Shown here in pieces: positions 42,673 to 50,839 of a stretch of 64,000 bases of DNA. Within the stretch, counting starts at the first letter, position 1. Every line of letters starts with the position of its first letter. A model generated the notes under the pieces. That model did no database searches. It saw only the letters and a list, made by a program, of their open reading frames with translations, and had not been told where the DNA came from. Both the position numbers and the translations under genes were made by a program. The stretch covers positions 672,001-736,000 of the forward strand of contig CAWDNU010000004.1 of assembly GCA_963803705.1 (NCBI GenBank), written 5' to 3'. Source of the stretch: an uncultured Pseudobdellovibrionaceae bacterium. GTDB lineage: Bacteria; Bdellovibrionota; Bdellovibrionia; Bdellovibrionales; UBA1609.

Positions 42673-43982
42673 TGCCAGAGGATCATAGTGCGTTTACATC
42701 ACTAAGGTCTGGGTAGGACTAAAAAGACAGGGACTCTCTCAGTTAGAATTAAGTTGTGAAACAAAAATTTTAACAAAGGAGAAGAGTCCCATGACTCAAC
42801 AACAATATATAATAAACAGAAAACTAAATATACTAGATCTTGGAGAAAAGTTAGGAAACATCTCTCAGGCATGTAGAAGACTTGGCGTAAGCCGCCAACA
42901 TTACTACGATATCAAAGACGCAGTGATGGAGAATGGTGTGGATGGATTAATTGAAAAGTCTAGGTCGAGAGCACGAGTTGCAAACCGAGTGTCAGAAATT
43001 TATGAAAAAGCAGTTCTAGATTACTCTTTAGAGTGGCCGACTCATGGTCAAACACGAGCAGCAAATGAACTTAAAAGAAAAGGTGTGAACGTCAGTTCTG
43101 GTGGCATCAGAAGTATTTGGTTAAGACACAAGCTTGAGAAAAAGCACTTGAGGTTGAAACGCCTAGAAGAACACTCTGCAAAGGCAGGAATTGTTTTAAC
43201 AGAGAGTCAGGTGCAAGCCTTAGAAGATGCTAAAGAAGAAAAACAAGCCCACGGCGAAGTTGAAACCTTCCACCCTGGTTACCTGCTTGGACAAGACACT
43301 TTTTATGTAGGCTACATTAAAGGCGTTGGAAAGATTTATCAGCAAACGATGATTGATACGTTTTCAAATGTTGGATTTGCTAAATTGTATTTAGACAAGA
43401 CGTCTCTGTCTGCTGCTGATGCTCTAAATGATAAGGTGCTTCCATTTTTTGATGATGAGTATATGAAAGTGCTTCGAGTGCTGACTGATAATGGCCGTGA
43501 ATACTGTGGTCCACAGGATCAGCACAAGTACACATTGTTTTTACATTTGAACGATATTGAGCACTCAAGAACGAAAGTCAGATGCCCACAAACTAATGGT
43601 TGCGTGGAGAAACTAAATCAAACAATTTATGAAGAGTTTTATAAAATTGCATTTAGAAAAAAGTTGTACTCATCACTTGAAACACTCCAAGAAGATCTGG
43701 ATGTGTTTATGAACTACTACAATAAGGACCGTACAAACCAAGGAAAGCACTGCGAGGGCAAAACGCCCTATGAAACCTTGGAGCAGGGCTACGCACTCTA
43801 TGAGCGCTATGTGATGGACGGAGAACCGCTTCCAGGAAAAGAAAAAGAGGCTGACGCCTCTTCGTCTTCGACACCTCTTTCAAATTTACAAAAAGAAAAT
43901 ACGGGGGTGACGACTACTGATAAAATGAATTAAAAATTGCTAACTGAGAGAGCAACTGTCAACGCTTTTAGTGACTACTGCA
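42673..43982 (+). mobile_element. IS481-family insertion sequence (1310 bp)
   Basis: Imperfect 26-bp TIRs TGCCAG...GCGTTTACA / TGTCAACGC...CTGCA; ACTAAGT at 42666-42672 and 43983-43989; subterminal CTCTCTCAGTTAG/CTAACTGAGAGAG. Confidence 0.9.
42791..43933 (+). CDS. IS481-family DDE transposase
   Basis: HTH GNISQACRRLGVSRQHYY; QDTFYVG, LTDNGREY, PQTNGCVEK. Confidence 0.95.
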   Translation: MTQQQYIINRKLNILDLGEKLGNISQACRRLGVSRQHYYDIKDAVMENGVDGLIEKSRSRARVANRVSEIYEKAVLDYSLEWPTHGQTRAANELKRKGVNVSSGGIRSIWLRHKLEKKHLRLKRLEEHSAKAGIVLTESQVQALEDAKEEKQAHGEVETFHPGYLLGQDTFYVGYIKGVGKIYQQTMIDTFSNVGFAKLYLDKTSLSAADALNDKVLPFFDDEYMKVLRVLTDNGREYCGPQDQHKYTLFLHLNDIEHSRTKVRCPQTNGCVEKLNQTIYEEFYKIAFRKKLYSSLETLQEDLDVFMNYYNKDRTNQGKHCEGKTPYETLEQGYALYERYVMDGEPLPGKEKEADASSSSTPLSNLQKENTGVTTTDKMN

Positions 43983-44276
43983 ACTAAGTAACAGAGTTAT
44001 TGTGCTATCGCTTACATGACTAGTTTTGTTTGCGATAATGGGCTAACTACACCCCTACTCTAGTCGTTTTCTACTACTGCGTATCCTATGCTCTTGTAAA
44101 CCCAGTGGAGCTGTCTGGAAGCATCAATGAAAGCCGAATGATGACTAGTTTCGGAGACTCTTGTTTGAATTACCGGATTAAGTCCATTCACTCCCGGAGT
44201 AATTTCAGGCTTACCAAACCCTGCTGTTCTTCTTTAATGTCGTGTTTGCAGCTCCACGAACTTATACTCATATTCT

Positions 44277-44305
44277 AATATACACGACCTTTGACTAGTT
44301 TGCAA
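44277..44305 (-). promoter_or_regulatory. Sigma70-like promoter reading into the non-coding region
   Basis: TTGCAA-17 nt-TATATT on minus strand. Confidence 0.65.
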
Positions 44306-44465
44306 GCATTATTTGTAATTATTTTACTAATAATCGCACTATATGCTTATTTAATTTGCTCCTTACAGCTTATATGCCTCATTTTAAGGCAATATCCATA
44401 CCTAGACATAGGTTTAGTATCAAAATGGCTTAAATAGCCCTTTATGCTCCTGAGGGAGACTATAG

Positions 44466-44804
44466 TCATATTACTTTATCCTTACATTCAACTAGCGCCT
44501 CATAAATAAGCTCTATATTAGCTACATACTCACTATAAAAATGCCCCATTACTTCACAAACCGCTTCTTCAAACTGATTAACATCTAAACTAGATGATTC
44601 TAACAAAGAGCCATTAAGGTAGGCGTGGCATAATTCATGTCCAATAGTCGCCTTATCTATAGCGTCTACCTTAAATATTAGAGAGTAAGTGCTGGAAGAG
44701 CATATAGCGTCCGTATCAGGGCCATAGAGCGCTTCAAACTCTTTAACTGTATAAAGTAATACATTATAGGCAAATCCTCTTATATTAAGCGCTAGGACTG
44801 TCAT
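44466..44804 (-). CDS. Small HExxH zinc metallopeptidase-like protein (ImmA/IrrE-like)
   Basis: TIGHELCHAYL followed by EEAVCE. Confidence 0.65.
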   Translation of the reverse strand: MTVLALNIRGFAYNVLLYTVKEFEALYGPDTDAICSSSTYSLIFKVDAIDKATIGHELCHAYLNGSLLESSSLDVNQFEEAVCEVMGHFYSEYVANIELIYEALVECKDKVI

Positions 44805-45386
44805 AATCTCCTTGGATTAAGGGTCTTATAACTACTTGGTAATTTAACCAGCTATGTGAGCTATTTTAGTTACCAGAGGTTGTTAATCACTAGCTTGATA
44901 GTCCTGTATCTATATACTCTAAAAGGGGCTAAATGCTTTATATTAGATTTGAGCTAAAATGTTATGTATCATAGCTAAATTACCTATTAAGAATAATATG
45001 GGGATGTTCTGGCTCCCTATTTTTTTAATTAATATTCTTTTAGTTAGATTAGTTATAAGTATTTAGATTAATTGGATTATTTAATTATAGAATATAGTAG
45101 ATAGTATAATAGATAGATAAAAAGTAGATAAGTATAAGTTTAAAGTAAAATATTATATATAAACAAACGAACAATTCTAATTCTACTATTCCCTCATCCC
45201 TAACCCCATTATTATAAGCCATATCAATCACTTAGCTTAAAACTTACCTAGAACTATAGAATAGTAAACTGTATTGCATTATAAGAATTTCTTATGTCCT
45301 CTATAACAGTTACCACTAATAATCTCATTAAATTACAAAAATATGTGCAAAATGCATAAATAGTTTGCATACAGTTCATTTAGTTC

Positions 45387-45416
45387 TTGACTTACGTCTA
45401 GTTCTTATGCTAAGGT
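45387..45416 (+). promoter_or_regulatory. Sigma70-like promoter of the replication operon
   Basis: TTGACT-18 nt-TAAGGT with TG extension. Confidence 0.5.
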
Positions 45417-45479
45417 GTAGACAGGGCATATTTTATTTAAATAGCCAAATTTAACCAAGTAACCATAAAGGGGCGAAAA

Positions 45480-45674
45480 ATGAGTGATAAAAAAGTATAC
45501 GAGAAGAATATCCCACAAGGTGATGGAGTATTAATAAAATATACCATTACTATTGATGAGAATGATGTAGCGGAATTAAGAGTTAGGACCTTCGGATCTA
45601 AGGATAAGGCAGACAATTTTAAAGAAACAAAATTACGATTAAATAATATTAATCAGGCAGGCAAACTAAGATGA
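45480..45674 (+). CDS. Hypothetical phage protein
   Basis: AGGGG SD; overlaps next ORF. Confidence 0.6.
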   Translation: MSDKKVYEKNIPQGDGVLIKYTITIDENDVAELRVRTFGSKDKADNFKETKLRLNNINQAGKLR

Positions 45675-46045
45675 GACTAATTAATTCGATCAAAGCCTAT
45701 GTATTCGTAATTCGCCATTTAAGATCATTATTAAAAGCTGATAGAAATGTATACCTAGAGAATAAGAAAGATAGCGACTTAAGGGACTTAGCCTTAGGCC
45801 GCTGGGAGTATTTTAAGTCAGCAGCTGGCCCTGCACTTCATGTAGTGGGATTTGATAAAGATGTAGACTCTATTTTAGCTCAACACACATTCTTTAAGCT
45901 AAGGAAGGGTGACATATTTACACCTCAACAACTAATAGAACAAACCGCACTTAAGATTGAAATATGCATGTCAGCTATTAATTCAGGTAGACAGCTTAGA
46001 GACATTATTGAATCTCTTGAAAAGGAGCAGAGTAATGTCGCCTAG
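45671..46045 (+). CDS. Hypothetical phage protein
   Basis: Translationally coupled ORF. Confidence 0.6.
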   Translation: MRLINSIKAYVFVIRHLRSLLKADRNVYLENKKDSDLRDLALGRWEYFKSAAGPALHVVGFDKDVDSILAQHTFFKLRKGDIFTPQQLIEQTALKIEICMSAINSGRQLRDIIESLEKEQSNVA

Positions 46046-46313
46046 TAATACTGTAGCCCAGCAATTAGATATAATCTTTAAAAGTTGGATAGATGATTTG
46101 AATTTAGAAAAGGGCGCAATCCTTATAGATTCAACTGATTTATTTAAACTCTTTAGAGCATTTGCTGATGAAAGAAAGATGCACGTAACCGAAACACAAT
46201 TCGGTCGTCGCATGGGTAAACTATTTTATAAGAAGCAATGTAGTAAAACTTTAAAGCAGCAGTACATGGTTAATGCTCCATACTTGGCTTTAGAAGTAAG
46301 GAGTAAAAAATGA
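46035..46313 (+). CDS. Primase/helicase C-terminal winged-helix-like protein
   Basis: AAGGAG SD before ATG 46035; STDLFKLFRAF...TETQFGRRM resembles D5-type C-terminal wHTH. Confidence 0.5.
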   Translation: MSPSNTVAQQLDIIFKSWIDDLNLEKGAILIDSTDLFKLFRAFADERKMHVTETQFGRRMGKLFYKKQCSKTLKQQYMVNAPYLALEVRSKK

Positions 46314-47590
46314 TAGAAGTAAAAGAGAAACATATTCATGATTTATCTAATGCAAGATCTTACGTATCGGCTTGGATTATGAAGAAGAACTATATAGTAA
46401 ATGTTGAAGGCCAACTTTGCGTTCAAAGAGCTGGTGAAAGCTTAGATATTTTTAATACTATGTGGTTAGATTATTTAGAGCAACTTAGTGCTTACAACGC
46501 CGGTCAAGAAAGCTTAGGTAAAAAAGATAGACAACCTATCAAAGGCTTTTTAGAGCGTGACCTTAAAAAGGCGCTTGATGAATACTGCGATCGTGGGCGC
46601 ATTCACATTAAAGAATCGACTGATAGGAATATAGCTTGTGATAAAGAAGACCTTACAGAGATAGAAAGATTTGTCTTCAGTCTTAAGGGTCAAATAGACA
46701 AACTTGATGTAGCCGTGCTCGCACACTGGATATGGATGGTTAAGCGTAAAATGTTAAAGCAAGATGTTACAGACCATATAATGCCTATCCTATTTGGCAA
46801 ACAAGGTGGTGGTAAAACTGTAGCTCTTCACAAGTTTATTAAACCCATTAGTGATTATCGAATGAATTTAAAAATGAATCAGATGACTGATGATAGATAT
46901 TTCGAAGCTATGTCCGAAAGATATGTAGTTGTGTTTGATGAAATGCAAGGTGTATCCAGGACTGATATTGATTCACTAAAAAATCAAATTACCTGTGACT
47001 GGAATGATGCGCGAATCATGCGAACTAATAGAGTTTTAAAAAGACGGCAATCATGTAGCTTTATTGGTGCTACCAATAAGCCTGTCGGTGAACAAATAAT
47101 CGACCATACTGGTATGAGACGATTCTGGGAAATAAAGTGTCTAGATATTCTTAACTGGGATGAGTTAAATAAAATTAATTATATAGCGCTATGGAAAGGT
47201 GTTAATGAAAAGTCAGAACGTGGTTACCTATATAATCACCTAGATCAAATCAAGGTCACTCAAGATGAATTGATGATCCAAGAAGACATTGATGCATTCT
47301 TCTCAGAGCGTAGCGTGTACCCTCCTGTCGACGGCTGTGAGCGATTCAAACTAGATATTAATATCATCTACTCAGATTATAAAAAGTGGTGTGTAGAGAG
47401 TAACTGTAAGCCGTACAACAAGATTTGGTTTGGTAAAAAAGCTAGTAGCAAAGGTTTAAAGATCGAAATTAAATCGCAAGGAAAAGGCAAAAAGAAGGTC
47501 TATTTAATAGCTCCTGGGTCTGATTATGAAGAAAAGAAAGAGAAACTTAGTTTCGTTGACTTTAAATTAGCTAAAGAAAAGTCTTCATAG
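46310..47590 (+). CDS. VapE-family P-loop helicase-like replication protein
   Basis: Walker A GKQGGGKT, Walker B VVFDE, FIGATN, DHTGMRRFW, C-terminal wHTH. Confidence 0.85.
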   Translation: MIEVKEKHIHDLSNARSYVSAWIMKKNYIVNVEGQLCVQRAGESLDIFNTMWLDYLEQLSAYNAGQESLGKKDRQPIKGFLERDLKKALDEYCDRGRIHIKESTDRNIACDKEDLTEIERFVFSLKGQIDKLDVAVLAHWIWMVKRKMLKQDVTDHIMPILFGKQGGGKTVALHKFIKPISDYRMNLKMNQMTDDRYFEAMSERYVVVFDEMQGVSRTDIDSLKNQITCDWNDARIMRTNRVLKRRQSCSFIGATNKPVGEQIIDHTGMRRFWEIKCLDILNWDELNKINYIALWKGVNEKSERGYLYNHLDQIKVTQDELMIQEDIDAFFSERSVYPPVDGCERFKLDINIIYSDYKKWCVESNCKPYNKIWFGKKASSKGLKIEIKSQGKGKKKVYLIAPGSDYEEKKEKLSFVDFKLAKEKSS

Positions 47591-47694
47591 ATCTTATGTC
47601 CCCTACTAATTATAAATAATTTTATAATAATTTAGCTCAGATTCAACCTAGTGGATCTAGCAAAATAAATGCAAAAAAACTTGCATAAGGGGGT

Positions 47695-47723
47695 TGCATT
47701 CTTATTCTTTATCTGATACAGTA
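47695..47723 (+). promoter_or_regulatory. Sigma70-like promoter
   Basis: TTGCAT-17 nt-TACAGT with TG extension. Confidence 0.55.
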
Positions 47724-47976
47724 GGGTATGTACTGAATTGTTGATAAACAATTTCTACATGTAAGGTTTTAAAGCACGTATGTTCGGCTAAATATTATCA
47801 AGGTAAACCGGTTCCGGAGCCTAAATATAAGGCCAAGATTGAATGATAAACTGAAAAGAATAAATGCCTAAGGCAAGTTCGAAGTAAGAGTCTGAAAATC
47901 TCCAAAAAGAAAAACCAAAGACAACTTAAAAATAACAAATAACCCCTTGTCTTAGGGATTAACGGAGATTTATTAA

Positions 47977-48513
47977 ATGACTAATATATATATTACAGAA
48001 ACAGAAGTTAAGAAAGCAGTTGATTTAGCAAAAGCAAGATACAATTCAAACAGAAAAGCAAATAATCCTAAAATTGAAATGTACGACAGTAAGGTCCCTT
48101 ATTACGGTGACGTTATTGGGATGCTTGGTGAAATAGCCGTAGCTAAATATCTTGGCGTGGACATTGAGAATCACGACTTTGTATATGAGCAATCAGAATT
48201 TTCTAAAATCAAAGAAGATATAAATGATGTTTTAGATTATGAGGTTCGATCAACTCATTACTCTACCGGCAAATTAATAATCAAAGACAAAGACCTAAAA
48301 GCGAATGCTAATACACCGTTTATTCTATCTAGAGTTGAAATGGATTTAGAGTGTGGCGATGCAAAAGTTACTCTTGTGGGTTGGTACTACGCTAAGGACG
48401 CAATCAACCCTGATTGGGAGAAAACTGTTTATACGACCGCATACTACGTACCTAACGACAAACTTCACCCTTTAGATAGCTTACCTAAATCAAGCCCAGA
48501 GAAAGTGGCTTAA
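47977..48513 (+). CDS. Phage protein with PD-(D/E)XK nuclease-like fold
   Basis: GMLGEIAVAKYL...D...YEVRST...LVGW pattern. Confidence 0.55.
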   Translation: MTNIYITETEVKKAVDLAKARYNSNRKANNPKIEMYDSKVPYYGDVIGMLGEIAVAKYLGVDIENHDFVYEQSEFSKIKEDINDVLDYEVRSTHYSTGKLIIKDKDLKANANTPFILSRVEMDLECGDAKVTLVGWYYAKDAINPDWEKTVYTTAYYVPNDKLHPLDSLPKSSPEKVA

Positions 48514-48560
48514 AAACACATGAGGAGAAATTAATTATAACATTTAGCAAGGATGCGTAA

Positions 48561-49175
48561 ATGAGCACAGGAAGTGCAACCAAAAATAGAAAGAAAAAAC
48601 CTATTAAAATTAAAAGAAAGAAGTTTAAGAAAAGTAGAAAATGGGCAATGGATTATGACTATTTACCAAAGTTAAAAATGCAACTTGAATCTGATAATCC
48701 CGAAAAAGTGAAAGAGGCTGAAGAAGCATTATTGTTTTTAAATAAGTTTAACGACGAATATTACTCAGCATCTGGTTATAAAAAGAAAGACTCACTTCAT
48801 AGAACAAAGCAGCAACGAAAATCGTGTAGTGATAAGCACAATGAGGCTCGCAGAGACATTGCAACTTATTGGAGGCGCGAAGAAGGTCCTGCTGACTCGA
48901 ACAATATTCCAGAGAAGGTGCTCAGATATTTAAGCGTACAGCAAAACGAAGGGAGAATAGATGCACTTAATAGTCTATTGGATTTAAAAATTAAAAAGGA
49001 GAAAGAAATGGAAAATAAAAAGATTAATGAATACATGAAGAACAGTGATTCTATGATTAAGAATCTGAGTAAAATTGAAAAGAAATTAGTCTCTATGGAT
49101 AAAAAATTGAAGAAGGTCGAAAGCTTAATAAAAAGAAGTGAAGCATTTTTAAATGAAACTAAGAAGGTGGGATAG
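48561..49175 (+). CDS. Basic hypothetical phage protein with coiled-coil C-terminus
   Basis: DYDYLPKL...FLNKFNDEYY; AAGGA SD. Confidence 0.65.
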   Translation: MSTGSATKNRKKKPIKIKRKKFKKSRKWAMDYDYLPKLKMQLESDNPEKVKEAEEALLFLNKFNDEYYSASGYKKKDSLHRTKQQRKSCSDKHNEARRDIATYWRREEGPADSNNIPEKVLRYLSVQQNEGRIDALNSLLDLKIKKEKEMENKKINEYMKNSDSMIKNLSKIEKKLVSMDKKLKKVESLIKRSEAFLNETKKVG

Positions 49176-49210
49176 ATGGCGCGCTTACAATACAAACAGG
49201 AAGGATATGA

Positions 49211-49420
49211 ATGAAAACAGCTAAACAAACCAGACCATATTTTATCTTAAAAGGGATACTCACTTTAGCAATAAGTTTTACATTGTTGTATGCAGCTAGT
49301 ACGGAGGCTAGTGCAGGATGGTGCCGAGTAACTGACTTTCAATCATTCTGTTACTACATTAGCTTATCTGATTGTAAGCGAGATGCTAAGAGTCACGGTG
49401 GTGTTTGCGTACCTAAATAA
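49211..49420 (+). CDS. Small secreted four-Cys protein
   Basis: Signal peptide ASA-G, four Cys, followed by a terminator. Confidence 0.6.
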   Translation: MKTAKQTRPYFILKGILTLAISFTLLYAASTEASAGWCRVTDFQSFCYYISLSDCKRDAKSHGGVCVPK

Positions 49421-49453
49421 AATTATAAACTAAATTAATATATATTTAAGAGA

Positions 49454-49488
49454 AGGGCTAATATTTAAGGTATTGGTCCTATTTTTTT
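49454..49488 (+). terminator. Intrinsic terminator
   Basis: AGGGCTAATA-loop-TATTGGTCCT plus T-tract. Confidence 0.7.
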
Positions 49489-49514
49489 ATATTCCGTACG
49501 CCGATAAATTAGGT

Positions 49515-49778
49515 ATGGATAAGGATAACAAACATTACGATGAGTATATAAAAAGTTACGGCCTAGCCTACAATCATTTCTTCTATAAATCTAATTTTTT
49601 ACAAAGCATCTATACTCCCACAGATAAACTAAAACCAGAAATTGTAAAGATAGCTGCAATCTATTCAAATGGAAATGATGAGATTCAAGTTGCCATTTGT
49701 GACGCATTGAATGGATTTTTACTTTACGAATTTTGGGATGACTATCATCGTCAAAGACTAGATAGAAAGAGGCGTTGA
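49515..49778 (+). CDS. Hypothetical phage protein
   Basis: ORF; ATG 49515 preferred because the track start lies inside the terminator. Confidence 0.45.
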   Translation: MDKDNKHYDEYIKSYGLAYNHFFYKSNFLQSIYTPTDKLKPEIVKIAAIYSNGNDEIQVAICDALNGFLLYEFWDDYHRQRLDRKRR

Positions 49779-49786
49779 AGGTGACC

Positions 49787-50170
49787 TTACTTCCTAAGTT
49801 TAACTGTATTTGCTATTTTTTCAAACCCTCTTGAAGCACTGTGCCCTGTAACTAACAACATAGTTAATTCCCAAAATTGCTCAGTAAGAGTTAATATTCC
49901 AAACGTACTTACTATACACATAGTTACTAGAGTTAATGAAACAGTGGGCCGCCAGTTTCTTCCTATCCAAGAGGCTGACTGAGATTCAGCAGCTATAATT
50001 TTAGAGTGCGCATCCAGCTTTGCTTTTTCTAAATCTATAGCATTTTTGTAAAGCTCTGCTTGCATTTCAGCAAAAGCATTTTCTAATTTTCTTTTATCAT
50101 TACCCGAAACATCAATGGTTTTTAAAACTTCATTAACAGGCGTGAAAAGTGACGCTATCCATTTAAACAT
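49787..50170 (-). CDS. Holin (3TM/GTA holin-like)
   Basis: AESQSASW..NWRP, two C-terminal TMs, RGFEK. Confidence 0.75.
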   Translation of the reverse strand: MFKWIASLFTPVNEVLKTIDVSGNDKRKLENAFAEMQAELYKNAIDLEKAKLDAHSKIIAAESQSASWIGRNWRPTVSLTLVTMCIVSTFGILTLTEQFWELTMLLVTGHSASRGFEKIANTVKLRK

Positions 50171-50182
50171 ATAACTAATCCT

Positions 50183-50839
50183 TTAGTCGTATTTATATTG
50201 CTTTTCTAAAATCGTTCGAATGTTATTTATTCCTGATAGTATAATTCCTCTATCTTCAGCAGTAATTGGAACATCCTCTGTCCAGACTATGGAGATGTAC
50301 CAGAGCTTACCGGTAGTTTCGTCCTTAGTTCTTTTAAACAGTTTTAATGTAGTAGGAACGAATGTATAAACAACGCAAATCTTAGTCTTAACTACATTTA
50401 AGCTTTCACATATTATTCTACGTTTAGAGCCTTCGGGCATATCTTCTGTTCTAGTTAAAAGCAGCTCATTAGGTGCCCCGATCATAGAACACATCTTCTT
50501 TACATAATGATCATCCACTCTCATGTTCTGCCAAGAGTCAGCAACTCTGGCATGTCCCTTAGTGGACACTTCATGTGTAATAGAGCTGTACAAGGGTTTG
50601 CCTGCGCGAGGACTGTTACCGCCATTATGGAGCATTAACAAAACCACTTTCTGTGCTGAGGATTTTTGTAAGATATTATCTAGTTGGTCATAAATTTGTG
50701 ATTCGCGTTTAATTACTAAATTAACTTCAGTGTTTTTCTTACGCATATAGAGTTTGTAAAATTCTTTAACTAGTAATGAAAGACCAGTAAAACCACCTAA
50801 TGCCACAAAGATGTTTGCCCAATCAGTTAGATTCTTCAT
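50183..50839 (-). CDS. Single-TM protein with GAF-like soluble domain, in lysis position
   Basis: N-terminal TM; VVLLMLHNGG...YSSITHE. Confidence 0.55.
   Translation of the reverse strand: MKNLTDWANIFVALGGFTGLSLLVKEFYKLYMRKKNTEVNLVIKRESQIYDQLDNILQKSSAQKVVLLMLHNGGNSPRAGKPLYSSITHEVSTKGHARVADSWQNMRVDDHYVKKMCSMIGAPNELLLTRTEDMPEGSKRRIICESLNVVKTKICVVYTFVPTTLKLFKRTKDETTGKLWYISIVWTEDVPITAEDRGIILSGINNIRTILEKQYKYD

Larger units (their letters stand above)
42121..44270 (-). ncRNA. Candidate large structured ncRNA interrupted by IS481 (RNA portions ~44270-43990 and 42672-42405 or -42121)
   Basis: Upstream sigma70 promoter, no long ORF, nested long-range helices across the IS, many local hairpins, terminator-like ends. 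Confidence 0.6.

Noticed and set aside
42121..44270. Complete group II intron, retron or DGR
   Set aside because: No reverse transcriptase in the window, and I could not identify a GUGYG 5' end, a domain V hairpin or a TR/VR pair
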